Assembly: GCA_963665295.1 (NCBI GenBank)
Contig: OY762209.1
Location: 3,104,001-3,168,000 of the forward strand
Source of the DNA: Syntrophorhabdaceae bacterium
Lineage (GTDB): Bacteria > Desulfobacterota > Syntrophorhabdia > Syntrophorhabdales > Syntrophorhabdaceae
Length of the DNA stretch: 64,000 bases
Reading direction: 5' to 3'
The position numbers and the translations under genes are program-made. The notes below the pieces were generated by a model. That model was given only the letters and a program-made list of their open reading frames with translations, searched no databases and had not been told where the DNA came from. Shown one piece after another: positions 19,566 to 29,876 of the stretch (the first letter of the stretch is position 1; every line of letters starts with the position of its first letter).

Positions 19566-20222
19566 AGAACTCAAGTATGCAGTGATGTTGAACGTGTTGC
19601 CGCCGCTGATCTACCTGTTCCTTCTTTTTCTCAAGGCGACTTCAAGGGTGCAGACCGTGTATAGCAGTGCATTTCAAACCATGTGGGAAAGGGGCGAAAA
19701 TGTAATTGTCTGTTTCTGGCATGGACGACTCCTCATGATGCCTTTCGCGAATCGGAGGGGAAAGGGCAAGGTCCTTATCAGTCGGCACAGGGATGGAGAA
19801 TTTATCACCAGGGTCATGGGATATTTCAAACTTGGCGCCATAAGGGGTTCTTACAGAAAAGGAACCGTTTCTTCTCTGAGGGAAATCATTCATGATTTGA
19901 GAGATGGCTTTGACGTGGCGATAACTCCCGACGGTCCTAAGGGTCCGAGGTTCGAGGTAAAGAAAGGCATCATGGAACTTGCGAAGCTCACCGGAAAGCC
20001 TGTAGTGCCCCTTACCTACGGGGCTGCTAAAAAAAAACTTTCAATTCCTGGGATAGGTTTGTCGTCCCCCGTCCATTTTCAAGGATACTGATACTCTGGG
20101 GTGAACCCATTTATGTGAGAAGGGATGAGACCCCTGAGGGTGTTGAGGCCAAAAGGATCGAACTCCAGGAGAGTCTCATGGCCTTAACCGAAAAAGCAGA
20201 CAAAATGGCATGTGGAAAATAA
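19558..20222 (+). CDS. DUF374 / lysophospholipid acyltransferase family protein, interrupted by a -1 frameshift at an A9 run (20029-20037)
   Basis: Frame 1 gives 'FWHGRLL', 'ISRHRDGE', 'TPDGPKGP'. The -1 frame after the A-run gives 'TFNSWDRFVVPRPFSRILILWGEPIYV...' and ends at TAA 20220-20222, overlapping the waaA start. Confidence 0.85.
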
Positions 20223-21457
20223 TATATAATCTCCTGATCCATCTCCTCCTTCCCTTCTTTATCCTCTTCTCCTTTACCAGACCGAAGATACGGAAGTCAC
20301 TCAGGGAAAGACTCTTTCCGGACAAGCTGCGGGCGGGCATTTCGGGCATATACTGGATACATGCGGCCTCTGTGGGGGAGGGCGTGATCGCCGAAAACCT
20401 GGTCAATTATATGAGCGGCGAGGGGGACGGGGAGAAATTCCTCATCACTACCAACACCTACTATACCCGGGACCTTCTCCGGGTGAGATTCGGGGACCGT
20501 GCCCATGTATGTTCCCTGCCTTTCGATATCCCCTTCTCCATAAGCCGGTTTATGGGTAAGGCGGTCTTTAAGGCCCTGATTATCATCGAAACTGAGATAT
20601 GGCCGAACCTGATCTGGTCTGTGAGGAAAAGGGGCACGCCCATCATTATTGTGAATGGGAGGATATCGGACCGCACGGTGAAGCAGTACAAGAGGTTCTC
20701 GTTCTTTATGAGGCGCGTGCTTTCGGGAGTCGATCTCGTCCTTGCCCAGTCGGAAGAACACAAAGGAAGATACGTGTCCATAGGGATGGAGCCGGAACGG
20801 GTAATCGACGCAGGGAATATGAAGTATTACAGGGAGATAAAAGAAGGGACGGCGGGTATGGCCAAGGCCGCGGTGATCACTTTCGGGAGCGTGAAGGAAA
20901 AGGAAGTCGACATCATTGCTCCTGTCATAAGAAGATTGAAAGAGACCTTTCCTGATTATCTCATTTTTATTGCTCCAAGGGAGTTACACCTCATTGCGTC
21001 CCTTGAAGAGCAGTTTGCGGAATCCTTCGATGTCATGCGGTTTTCGGTCTACAAGGGGCTCCCCGACGCGAATCCTGCCATCGTGATCGTGGACACTGTG
21101 GGCGACCTTCTGGGTATCTACGCGAAAAGCGCGGTTGCTTTTGTCGGCGGGAGCCTTGCGCCGTACGGGGGCCAGAACATGCTGGAACCCCTGTTCTTCG
21201 GAACGCCGGTGATCTTCGGTCCTCACGTGGAGAACTTCGCTGAAATTGCGGCCAGGATCGTGGAATGCAAAGCGGGGATCATGGTCGCGAAGGGAGAGGA
21301 ACTTTTCGACGCAATGAGGGAAATCCTCTCCAACGAGGCGTTAAGGAGAAGCATGGGAGAAGAAGGCAGGAACATTGTCGTGAAACAGCGCCAGGTCATG
21401 GACAAGGTCGTGGGGGCCATCAAGGAGACGGTATGGAAGAATTCACGAAACTCGTGA
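20210..21457 (+). CDS. waaA: 3-deoxy-D-manno-octulosonic acid (Kdo) transferase
   Basis: 'WIHAASVGE', 'ETEIWPNL', 'NGRISD', 'FVGGSL', 'GGQNMLEP' motifs. Confidence 0.95.
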   Translation: MWKIIYNLLIHLLLPFFILFSFTRPKIRKSLRERLFPDKLRAGISGIYWIHAASVGEGVIAENLVNYMSGEGDGEKFLITTNTYYTRDLLRVRFGDRAHVCSLPFDIPFSISRFMGKAVFKALIIIETEIWPNLIWSVRKRGTPIIIVNGRISDRTVKQYKRFSFFMRRVLSGVDLVLAQSEEHKGRYVSIGMEPERVIDAGNMKYYREIKEGTAGMAKAAVITFGSVKEKEVDIIAPVIRRLKETFPDYLIFIAPRELHLIASLEEQFAESFDVMRFSVYKGLPDANPAIVIVDTVGDLLGIYAKSAVAFVGGSLAPYGGQNMLEPLFFGTPVIFGPHVENFAEIAARIVECKAGIMVAKGEELFDAMREILSNEALRRSMGEEGRNIVVKQRQVMDKVVGAIKETVWKNSRNS

Positions 21458-22188
21458 AACTGCTGGAATCCCTGAGAGGAGAGAAGGGGTGTCCCTGGGA
21501 CCGGAAGCAAACGGTAAAGGAATTTAAGACATATCTCCTCGAAGAGGTGTATGAGCTAATCGACGCCATTGAGCAGGAAGACTATAAAGCCTTACAGGAG
21601 GAGCTTGGCGATCTGCTGTTTCACATAGTCTTCATAGCCCGGATATGCGAGGAGCGGGGCGCCTTCAATATAAAGGACGTAATCTCCGCCACCTACGAGA
21701 AGATGTACAACCGCCACCCTCACGTGTTCAAGGATGTGGCCGATGATGCGCCGATCGAGAAGAGATGGGAGGAGTTGAAAAGAGAGGAGAAGGAGAACTA
21801 CTCACTTTTACGCGACATCCCGAGGATGATGCCGGCCCTGCTCAGGGCTTATGTAATCTCAAAGAGAGCCTCGAAAGTGGGGTTTGACTGGCCTGCCCTT
21901 GAGGATATTCATGAAAAGATGTCGGAGGAAATTGAAGAGTTGAGAAACGCGGAACGCTCCGGTTCAGCCGGGGCGGTGAGGGAAGAGATAGGCGACGTGC
22001 TCTTCACGGCAGTGAATATTGCAAGGTTTCAAGGGGTTGACCCGGAAGACGCGCTAAGGTTCACCTGTGACAAGTTTGTAAGAAGATTCACTTATATAGA
22101 GGAAAAGATAGACCTCGATAGCGCTTCCCCTGCGATGATGGATGATTTGTGGAACGAGGCTAAGGATATTGAAAAAGGGAGGGAATGA
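21433..22188 (+). CDS. mazG: Nucleoside triphosphate pyrophosphohydrolase MazG
   Basis: 'LRGEKGCPWDRKQT', 'EELGDLL', 'RHPHVF', 'VGFDW'; ATG at 21433. Confidence 0.95.
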   Translation: MEEFTKLVKLLESLRGEKGCPWDRKQTVKEFKTYLLEEVYELIDAIEQEDYKALQEELGDLLFHIVFIARICEERGAFNIKDVISATYEKMYNRHPHVFKDVADDAPIEKRWEELKREEKENYSLLRDIPRMMPALLRAYVISKRASKVGFDWPALEDIHEKMSEEIEELRNAERSGSAGAVREEIGDVLFTAVNIARFQGVDPEDALRFTCDKFVRRFTYIEEKIDLDSASPAMMDDLWNEAKDIEKGRE

Positions 22189-22203
22189 CCCTCCCTTTGT
22201 TTT
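22174..22203. terminator. Probable bidirectional intrinsic terminator between convergent mazG and csp
   Basis: AAAGGGAGGG-aatga-CCCTCCCTTT hairpin flanked by A and T tracts. Confidence 0.7.
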
Positions 22204-22405
22204 ACTCAGCCTTTACAACATTGGCGGCTTGTGGACCTTTCGGGCCCTTCACTATTTCAAATTCTACACGTTCACCTGTCTTCAGTGTTTTAAAGCCGTT
22301 CTGTTTAATTGCGGAAAAATGTACGAAAACGTCCTCCCCGTTATCCTGCTCGATAAAGCCATACCCCTTCGAATCGTTAAACCATTTAACCTTACCTACT
22401 GGCAT
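22202..22405 (-). CDS. cspA: Cold-shock protein
   Basis: '[15 protein letters not shown]', 'DVFVHFSAI', '[10 protein letters not shown]'. Confidence 0.97.
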   Translation of the reverse strand: MPVGKVKWFNDSKGYGFIEQDNGEDVFVHFSAIKQNGFKTLKTGERVEFEIVKGPKGPQAANVVKAE

Positions 22406-22457
22406 ACTACTAAACTCCTTTCATTGTTTGGTATTAAAGCAGTCATGCTTTAAAGTA

Positions 22458-22487
22458 ATCATATTCTCATTGCAAAAGATGTGTCAA
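22458..22487 (-). promoter_or_regulatory. Sigma70-type promoter for csp
   Basis: Minus strand TTGACA-N18-TATGAT, about 50 nt upstream of the csp start. Confidence 0.55.
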
Positions 22488-22718
22488 GCGAAATCTTGAC
22501 AAATGGAAAATTATTTTTTGGCCTCTATTTGCGGCCCCCGGGACCCTCTGAGCTGCAGTTTTGTTGTATACAGTCCCGGGTATTCCGAAAGTCCCGGGAC
22601 CGCAAAATGTGAGTCCCTGATGGAATTATCATTTGAATGGGAGAGGGTTCCCACGTATAATGTGACTACGGCGCTCCGGCGCCCTTACGAAAAATATCTT
22701 TGACGGGAATGGACGATC

Positions 22719-24212
22719 ATGGGGAAAGTATATCTGGTTGGAGCGGGTCCGGGCGACCCCGGGCTCATCACGGTAAGAGGGCTGGAACTGATCGGCCTGG
22801 CTGACGTGATTGTATACGATTATCTGGCGAATACGGGGCTACTCGGTTTTGCGCGCAAGGACGCGGAACTGATCTACGTGGGTAAACAGGCATCCCTCCA
22901 CGCCATGCCTCAGCATGAGATAAACGGACTGCTTGTGAAAAAAGCAGCAGAAAGGGACTCTGTGGTGCGTCTGAAGGGGGGAGACCCCTACATCTTCGGC
23001 AGGGGCGGGGAGGAGGCTGTTTTCCTTGCGGACCTGGGAGTGGACTTCGAGGTGGTCCCGGGGGTAACCTCCGCGATAGCTGTTCCCGCCTATGCGGGGA
23101 TCCCCCTCACCTACCGCGGATACGCATCGACAGTGGCCTTCGTCACCGGGCACGAGGATGAGGGAAAAGCAGCTTCAGCCATCAAGTGGCGGGAACTGGC
23201 GCGCGGGGTGGATACGCTCGTCTTTTTGATGGGAATGAGACAGTTGGGCGAGATTAAGAACAGGCTCATTGAGGAGGGACGTGATCCTGATACGGACGCG
23301 TGCGTGGTCCAATGGGGCACCCTTGCGCGACAAAAGGTTGTAACGGGCCCTCTCAAGGATATCGACGGTCTCACCAAGAGGGCGGGTATCAAGCCACCCG
23401 GGATTCTCATTGTGGGGAGTGTTGTGGCTTTGAGAGATAAACTGAAATGGTTTGAGGAGAGGCCGCTTTTCGGAAAGAAGATTGCTGTTACCCGTGCCCC
23501 CCACCAATCCCTGAAGCTGGGAAAATTGCTGTCGGAAAAAGGCGCCGAGGTCCTCTACATGCCGACCATAGATATCGTCCCCATTGAACCGAATACGCGG
23601 CTGGGAGAAGCGGTTGCGAGGATAGGGGAATATTTCTGTATAATTTTTACGAGCGTAAACGGCGCGGCCATATTTTTCGAATACCTCTTTGCTGCGGGAA
23701 AGGACGCGAGGGCCCTCGGCGGTGTGAGGGTGCTCCCCATAGGGGCCGGGACCGCCGCATTCCTGAGATCAAAAGGGATAGTCCCTGATTTCGTGCCCGA
23801 AACCTTCATCTCGGAAGGGATTATTAAAGTACTTGAAACGATGGACCTCGATGGCCGGAGGTTCCTCATACCGAGAGCTGAGACGGCCCGGGACGTGGTG
23901 CCCGAGTACATACACAGCCGTCACGGTTTGTGCGATGTCATCCCCGTGTACAGGACCACGTTACCTCAAGCCCCCTCTGTCCCGGAAGAGACGCCCGATA
24001 TTATAACCTTCACGAGTTCCTCAACGGTGGAGAACTTTATTGCCCTCTACGGGGAGGGGATGCTCGACAAGACGTTGGTCGCCTCCATCGGGCCGGTTAC
24101 CACTGAAACATTGAACCGGCATCACGTCAAGGTCGATATCACCGCGTCGCGATATGACATTGACGGACTGGTAGACGCTATCGTGAAAAGCGAGGGAAAG
24201 GCGAAGGACTGA
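22719..24212 (+). CDS. cobA: Fused uroporphyrinogen-III C-methyltransferase / uroporphyrinogen-III synthase (CobA-HemD)
   Basis: 'VYLVGAGPGDPGLIT', 'RLKGGDPYIFGRGGEE'; HemD part 'IFTSVNG', 'TFTSSSTV', 'SIGPVT'. Confidence 0.95.
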   Translation: MGKVYLVGAGPGDPGLITVRGLELIGLADVIVYDYLANTGLLGFARKDAELIYVGKQASLHAMPQHEINGLLVKKAAERDSVVRLKGGDPYIFGRGGEEAVFLADLGVDFEVVPGVTSAIAVPAYAGIPLTYRGYASTVAFVTGHEDEGKAASAIKWRELARGVDTLVFLMGMRQLGEIKNRLIEEGRDPDTDACVVQWGTLARQKVVTGPLKDIDGLTKRAGIKPPGILIVGSVVALRDKLKWFEERPLFGKKIAVTRAPHQSLKLGKLLSEKGAEVLYMPTIDIVPIEPNTRLGEAVARIGEYFCIIFTSVNGAAIFFEYLFAAGKDARALGGVRVLPIGAGTAAFLRSKGIVPDFVPETFISEGIIKVLETMDLDGRRFLIPRAETARDVVPEYIHSRHGLCDVIPVYRTTLPQAPSVPEETPDIITFTSSSTVENFIALYGEGMLDKTLVASIGPVTTETLNRHHVKVDITASRYDIDGLVDAIVKSEGKAKD

Positions 24213-24478
24213 GGTACGGAAGTCCTTCATTTCGCCGGTCACAACTCGTTTACAGGCTCAGAAATAAGCCGGAGTGCCGATGCTTGTAAGATTCAGTGGT
24301 AAGACAGCGGGCGAGATTGCCCTTAGGCCTTAATGTCTTTGACTTTCCTCTTTATAATCTTCCCCTTTTCCTTGGGAAAATCCGCTTTCAGGTATACGGT
24401 CTTCGGAAATACACTCGCTACTACGCCTTCCATCTCTTTCTTTGCAAAAGGGAATTTAACTCTGTCTCCTACCTTCAT

Positions 24479-24793
24479 TTATCCTCCAGTCTGTCCCGCG
24501 CTCGTGGTGTCGGATTTGGTCTCCGTTGCGGCGGCGGTCGTTGTCTCTGTTGTCGTCCCGGTATTGGAATCTTCCTTTTTTTCTTTGAACTTGCTGCCGC
24601 TGCCCGTATCTACGGGTTTCTTGTAATCTGTCACATACCAGCCCGTACCCTTCAGATGAAAGGAACACTGGGAAATCAGTTTATTGAGTGCGCCCCCGCA
24701 AACGCGGCATTTCGTCAAAGGCTCGTCCAGCATCTTCTGAAATATTTCGAATGTCTTCTTGCAGTTCGTACATTCGTATTCGTAAATAGGCAT
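24479..24793 (-). CDS. FmdB family zinc-ribbon protein
   Basis: '[11 protein letters not shown]...CRVCGG...[13 protein letters not shown]' followed by a low-complexity tail. Confidence 0.92.
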   Translation of the reverse strand: MPIYEYECTNCKKTFEIFQKMLDEPLTKCRVCGGALNKLISQCSFHLKGTGWYVTDYKKPVDTGSGSKFKEKKEDSNTGTTTETTTAAATETKSDTTSAGQTGG

Positions 24794-24891
24794 ACCACTA
24801 CCTCCCGAAAAGTACATCTGCTATAATATAATCTCAATGAAGGAGTTTAGTCAAGTTTATCAGAGCGCGAAACGGCCGAAGTCCCCGGTTC

Positions 24892-26640
24892 TCAATCCGA
24901 TCCCGCGGGAAGAAGAAACTTACGCGCATAGCGGCGTACCATGCTCAACCAGTCCTTCATCTTTCTTGCGCCGGCCATAATCTTGAGGCAAAACGCGGGG
25001 ATTGACCGGTTCAACAGGCGCAGGTCGATAATGGCCCGCACGGGGAAAGGGCTGACTTTACTGATGATCGCATAAGACCTCGATTCAAGGTCGACAAACT
25101 CGCGAAAATCGCGGTCAACAAGCTGAACGCCCATGGAGGCGGCTATTCTCCTGATGGAAGACTTCATGTTCTTCTTTCTCAGGACGGGATGCAGATTCGG
25201 CATATAAGAGACGTCATTGAGGAAGCAATAGATTGCCCTTATTATTACCACATTCATACTGATCTTCCGGTACCATTCCCATTCCTGGTCGATAAAAGTG
25301 CAGTCATCGTTCCGGAGGTAGCAGTTCTTCCAGATGCAATCCATATACCTGCCGTCTATGGTTGTTCTGTCATCCTCGGTTACCGAAAAAGATTCCAGTT
25401 TTCGTGCCCACGCCTTGCAGGGAGCGAACAGTTCATCGATGGTCACGTTCTTCTCCTGTGCCCGTCGGGTGATCAGCGTCTGGAGGGACAGTCCTGGTTG
25501 CCACTCGCAGGTTGAGGGCTGCAATTTGAGCATCGGCGATATGTCCTTCGCCTTTGCTGAGACCGCCTTGTGGGACCATATGGTCCCGTCCTCGTGTTCG
25601 ATGAACCGCGTAATGGTCTGAAACCCCTCCTGCCGGTTCTTGCTGTACAGGATACCGAGCGCCTGGGGTCTGATCGAATCTCCCCTGTCCCCCGCAACGA
25701 CCAGAAAGGAATTCGAGAAGAAGGGAAGTTGGTTGTTCCTGTCAAGTTGGAGGCAGGCAAGCCTTTCATCGAACAAGGGCTTACCATGGACAAGGTGGTC
25801 ACGGAAATGATAGTTTGCCACAAGCTCACCGGCTCTGACCTTGCCAAGGAATTCCTCCGACAGCACGCAAGACGGGATCTTGTAGTCCGGGTAAGGAAAA
25901 TAGAAATCGATATGGCGAAAATACTTATTCATATAGGTGCGAAGCTCATCATATCCAAAAGTCCTGAACCTCTTCCCGTGCCTGGGATAGCCTTCTATCC
26001 CGTCGAACATGACGTTCGTGTGGTCTTCCTTCGACGATGAAAAATACTTCAGGCCGAACTGATTTTCGATCGCGAGGACGAGGTGTCCGTCAGGGTTCAG
26101 CATTTCCCTGAAGTATCCCAGAACAGTGTCATAGGGGTCAGGACTGTCGACAAAGCCGCCCGAGTACTCAAATACACCTATACAGAAGATTATATCGAAC
26201 CGTTCTTTGAATCTGATCTCCTGAAAGGGTGCGCAAAGAATGGTGACATTGTCCATGTCTCTCGTGCGCAGTCGCGCGGCCCTCGCCCGCGCCATGCTGC
26301 CTTCAATGGAAATAACATCGTCGAAGGCCTCCCCGAGGAACCGGGTAATTGCACCACAGCCGCATCCCACCTCCAACACCTTCTTGGACCTGTCGAAGTC
26401 AAATCCCCGCAACAACTGGGAACGTTTTCTCGAAAGATGGTACTCACTCGGCCAATCCTTGATCCATCGTTCGAGTTCGTAGGAATTTGAACTCAGGTCC
26501 TTTGCCCGAGAAAATACTCTCCAGAGATACCTTTCGGATCCGTCGGAATAATCAAAAGGCTTTTTGTCCGGAAGGACCCACACGGAGTCTTTGCTGAGTT
26601 CCATCTTTTGTTCAATCCTGCTTTCGAAGTTTGTATGCAT
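24892..26640 (-). CDS. Class I SAM-dependent methyltransferase with a long C-terminal (possibly kinase-like) region; polysaccharide-associated
   Basis: 'VLEVGCGCGAITRFLGE', 'IGVFEY', 'AIENQFGLKYF', 'PYPDYKIP'; downstream of flippase and GT2. Confidence 0.8.
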   Translation of the reverse strand: MHTNFESRIEQKMELSKDSVWVLPDKKPFDYSDGSERYLWRVFSRAKDLSSNSYELERWIKDWPSEYHLSRKRSQLLRGFDFDRSKKVLEVGCGCGAITRFLGEAFDDVISIEGSMARARAARLRTRDMDNVTILCAPFQEIRFKERFDIIFCIGVFEYSGGFVDSPDPYDTVLGYFREMLNPDGHLVLAIENQFGLKYFSSSKEDHTNVMFDGIEGYPRHGKRFRTFGYDELRTYMNKYFRHIDFYFPYPDYKIPSCVLSEEFLGKVRAGELVANYHFRDHLVHGKPLFDERLACLQLDRNNQLPFFSNSFLVVAGDRGDSIRPQALGILYSKNRQEGFQTITRFIEHEDGTIWSHKAVSAKAKDISPMLKLQPSTCEWQPGLSLQTLITRRAQEKNVTIDELFAPCKAWARKLESFSVTEDDRTTIDGRYMDCIWKNCYLRNDDCTFIDQEWEWYRKISMNVVIIRAIYCFLNDVSYMPNLHPVLRKKNMKSSIRRIAASMGVQLVDRDFREFVDLESRSYAIISKVSPFPVRAIIDLRLLNRSIPAFCLKIMAGARKMKDWLSMVRRYARKFLLPAGSD

Positions 26641-26650
26641 GGTCCGTCCT

Positions 26651-28036
26651 TTAGTCATCACTCGTACTTCGCGGTTTGCCGCGAAGGTTCAGCATACGCC
26701 ATCCGATCCGCGGTGTCCTGTCTCTTGCGGCGGGGTGGCTTATCACGCGATTTGCAACGAAGGCGAGAACGACCGTGCTTATGGATGCCCGGATTATCCA
26801 TGCCAGGGCGGCGCCTTTGATTCCATATATGGGGAGGAGGAACTTAAGATACGCAAGGTAAAGGGGCAGCTCGCAGAGGTGGATTTTGGCGGTTATGTCA
26901 GGGCGCCCGGCGGCCTGAATAACCGAATACGGTATGTATCCGAAGCTGTTTATCAAGACACCGATGGACAATAACTGGGCAACCGCCACGCTCTTGTGCG
27001 CGAAGTCGGGGCTTATCCAGAGAGCCAGCACTTGTTCGGAAAAAAGGATAATCAGCGCTACGAGGGGGACCATGATAAAGGACAAATAGATAGCCGTCCG
27101 GTAATACAAATGCCTCACGTGAAGCGCGTCCTGGGCAAAAGCTTTCGAAAAAGCAGGAAACATCACTGCCAGTATTGCGATGGGGATTATGAGCAACTTG
27201 CTGATGACTTCATATGGTGTCGTATAATAAGCTACCGCGCCAATTGAGATCATACCGGCGATAAAGAAGCGGTCTGCATAGGTGAGGGCCGGTCCGACGA
27301 CGTTGCTGACCGTCAGCCAGCCGCCGTAGCTCAGCAGCGGCTTGACCATGGTCCTTGTCCCGCGTACATCCTTTTTGAGGGCGGGAATAACGCGGAGGCA
27401 GTAGATCAGGTGAAACAAAGCCGCAACGACACGGCCCGCCACAAGAACGGCCACGATCGCGACGAGGCTCTTGGAAAAGGGGAGCACTGCCAGGGGTCCG
27501 AGAAACGTAAAGAAGCCCAGGGGGATGCGAATACCGACGATAATATCGAACCGGAGGTGCGCTTCAAGAATGCCGCGCAGGCCTGCCGTAATTATGACAA
27601 CGGGGATGGACAAAGCGAGGAGGTAGAACGCCCTCCGGCTGTCATCCCTCAGAAAATCAGGTATGTTCAAGACCGAGTTTACCAGCCAGGGCGTGAGCAG
27701 TATTACCGCTATAACGCCGAACATCCCCAGCCCGCCCATGAGCGCCAGGGCTGTCCATGTCAGGCGGGGTATGTCTCCGAATTGTCCCTTGCCCATCTTT
27801 TCCGCGATCAATTTCGTCAGTGCCCGGCCGAGTCCCATGTCGAAGAGGTTGAAATAACCGACAAACACCCACGCTATTGTCAATATTCCAAATCGATCGG
27901 TACCCAGGCCCTTGATCAATATGGGAATAGCGAAGACAGCCACTACCATGGGCGCGCATTCGCCGACGAGATTCATGATCGCGTTACGCGCGAGTGCCTT
28001 CTTGATGGTCTTTATTCCTGAGGTTGTGTCGCTCAT
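26651..28036 (-). CDS. Wzx-type polysaccharide flippase
   Basis: About 12 hydrophobic segments; 'FDMGLGRAL', 'ADRFFI', 'VAYYTTPY', 'YGIKGAALAW'. Start taken at ATG 28036. Confidence 0.88.
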   Translation of the reverse strand: MSDTTSGIKTIKKALARNAIMNLVGECAPMVVAVFAIPILIKGLGTDRFGILTIAWVFVGYFNLFDMGLGRALTKLIAEKMGKGQFGDIPRLTWTALALMGGLGMFGVIAVILLTPWLVNSVLNIPDFLRDDSRRAFYLLALSIPVVIITAGLRGILEAHLRFDIIVGIRIPLGFFTFLGPLAVLPFSKSLVAIVAVLVAGRVVAALFHLIYCLRVIPALKKDVRGTRTMVKPLLSYGGWLTVSNVVGPALTYADRFFIAGMISIGAVAYYTTPYEVISKLLIIPIAILAVMFPAFSKAFAQDALHVRHLYYRTAIYLSFIMVPLVALIILFSEQVLALWISPDFAHKSVAVAQLLSIGVLINSFGYIPYSVIQAAGRPDITAKIHLCELPLYLAYLKFLLPIYGIKGAALAWIIRASISTVVLAFVANRVISHPAARDRTPRIGWRMLNLRGKPRSTSDD

Positions 28037-28049
28037 CACGGGGGTATGG

Positions 28050-29039
28050 TTACCGTTCCTCCGGACACGATTCTTTGAGAGTCCCCCACAGAAGCCGTGC
28101 CGACAGGCCATCGAGCCTGGCGGCCGCCCGGAGGACCATGAGCAGGACAAAACAGGCAAGGGATCCTCTGAGTATAAAGCCGTGGAAACCGGGTACGTTT
28201 TTCTTGATATAGGATTTGTAACTTTCTACGAAATAAAGGGATGACCTGTTGTTCTTGCGGGCGCTTCGGCCTCCGTAATGGACCGCCTCGGCGCGATGAA
28301 GGTAATATGCGGGGTAACCTGCCTTTGCAATCCGCAATCCGAGATCTGCGTCCTCGAGGTAGAGGAAGTATCTGTCGTCAAACATGCCTATTTCCCGGAA
28401 AAGACCGAGAGGGGTAAGGATGACGGCGCCGATCAGATAGCCCCGATAAGGATTCACATCCACGTCTCTGTCTCCCTGCCAGAGATCGAGAAGCCATCTC
28501 AAGGGCCTTTTGAAACGCTTTGAAGGCAGAAAGACCCTGAAGGCATACTGGAGGACGTTGGCCGCATGGGGGAGGGATCGCACACAGGGCACGGAAGACC
28601 CTGTTTCATCTACGGTACGGGGGCTTACCACGCACCGGTCCTCCTTTTCCCCCACAAACCGTACGAGGGTTTCCAGGGTCCCACGAGGAAGCCTCGTGTC
28701 AGGATTGAGGATCAGGAGGTATCGCCCGACAGCGGAAGAAGCTCCTTCATTTACCGCATGGGCGAACCCCATGTTCCGGGAATTCTCGATCACTTCCACC
28801 TCCGGGAACCTGGACCGGACTATCTCCACGGTTCCGTCGCAGGATGCGTTATCTACCACTACGATCTTCAGGGACAGGGCTGCGGCGGCCTCCAACACGG
28901 AGTCTATACATCCGATGATATGGTCTCCGGACTTGTATGTGACGATCACAACCGTGACGCCTCCTTTTTCTCCCGCTCCAATCCCCGGGCCCGACCTGCC
29001 GTCCTCGACTACGGTGTCTTCAAAGATTGCGGAACTCAC
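28050..29039 (-). CDS. Glycosyltransferase family 2
   Basis: 'VVIVTY', 'VVVDNASCDG', 'NMGFAHAVN', 'LILNPD', 'FDDRYFLYLEDADL'. Confidence 0.92.
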   Translation of the reverse strand: MSSAIFEDTVVEDGRSGPGIGAGEKGGVTVVIVTYKSGDHIIGCIDSVLEAAAALSLKIVVVDNASCDGTVEIVRSRFPEVEVIENSRNMGFAHAVNEGASSAVGRYLLILNPDTRLPRGTLETLVRFVGEKEDRCVVSPRTVDETGSSVPCVRSLPHAANVLQYAFRVFLPSKRFKRPLRWLLDLWQGDRDVDVNPYRGYLIGAVILTPLGLFREIGMFDDRYFLYLEDADLGLRIAKAGYPAYYLHRAEAVHYGGRSARKNNRSSLYFVESYKSYIKKNVPGFHGFILRGSLACFVLLMVLRAAARLDGLSARLLWGTLKESCPEER

Positions 29040-29402
29040 TGATTTTTATTCTCCAGTCCCATTTTTGGGGTCCTAAACATGTCACTCTTTTAGCACATTT
29101 CGCATCGTCGATCAATCTCTTCGTCTCCCGGCTCCATGCATGTCCGGTTACGGCAATCCTTATTTTTCAGGATGTTGAGCGCCGTCCCTTCCTCCATGGC
29201 CCATGCTTCGGAACGACCTGGCGTTGAAAGCAGAGAAATAGGCCACCGGTGGGGAGAAAGTCGGACCCTGTCGCGGAAGGGAGCGACTTGCCGGTCTATC
29301 CAGGGTCTTACCCCCTCCTTCGGCTGTTCCATAAACTTGACAAAGTTTCCCTAAACGACATAAACTCTCAGCGCATTTCCATTCTGTTCTTGAAGGAACC
29401 AT

Positions 29403-29876
29403 ATGAACGTATATATTGTTTCGTCCCCGGGGGGGCATCTGAATGAGACACTCAGCATGGTGGAGGCTTTCGAGGGTTGCGACGTTTACCTGATAACCCT
29501 TGATTTTCCCAACATGAAGGGTATCGCCTTCGATTGTGTGAAAAAGGTATTCCCCTTGAAGCTTTTTTTTGACTACTCGATAAAAGTGGGCCTTCCCCTT
29601 ACGTTGCTGGCGGGCACGTTCTCCATGTTCAGGATTTTTCTCGCCCACAGGCCCCATATGATCTTCTCCACCGGTTCGGAGATAGCCCTTCCCGCATTTG
29701 TCCTGGGCAAGTTCCTTTTTGGCGCAAAGGTGGCATACGTGGAGTGCTTTACGAGGATCAGGACCCTTTCTCTTACCGCAAAGATCGTGTACCGGTTTGC
29801 CGACCTCTTTCTGGTCCAGTGGGAAGAACTGGCTGCCATGCATGAGAAGGCCCGGTACGAGGGCAGGCTCATATGA
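29403..29876 (+). CDS. PssD/Cps14F (Alg14-like) glycosyltransferase subunit
   Basis: 'SSPGGHL', 'STGSEIALP', 'YVECFTR', 'FLVQWEEL' motifs. Confidence 0.88.
   Translation: MNVYIVSSPGGHLNETLSMVEAFEGCDVYLITLDFPNMKGIAFDCVKKVFPLKLFFDYSIKVGLPLTLLAGTFSMFRIFLAHRPHMIFSTGSEIALPAFVLGKFLFGAKVAYVECFTRIRTLSLTAKIVYRFADLFLVQWEELAAMHEKARYEGRLI

Noticed and set aside
19558..20091. 177-aa ORF taken as the complete DUF374 protein
   Set aside because: Its tail after KKK is out of frame; the conserved C-terminus lies in the -1 frame
22536..22602. Three CCCGGG(AC) words between csp and cobA
   Set aside because: Too short and irregular to assign as a riboswitch or array
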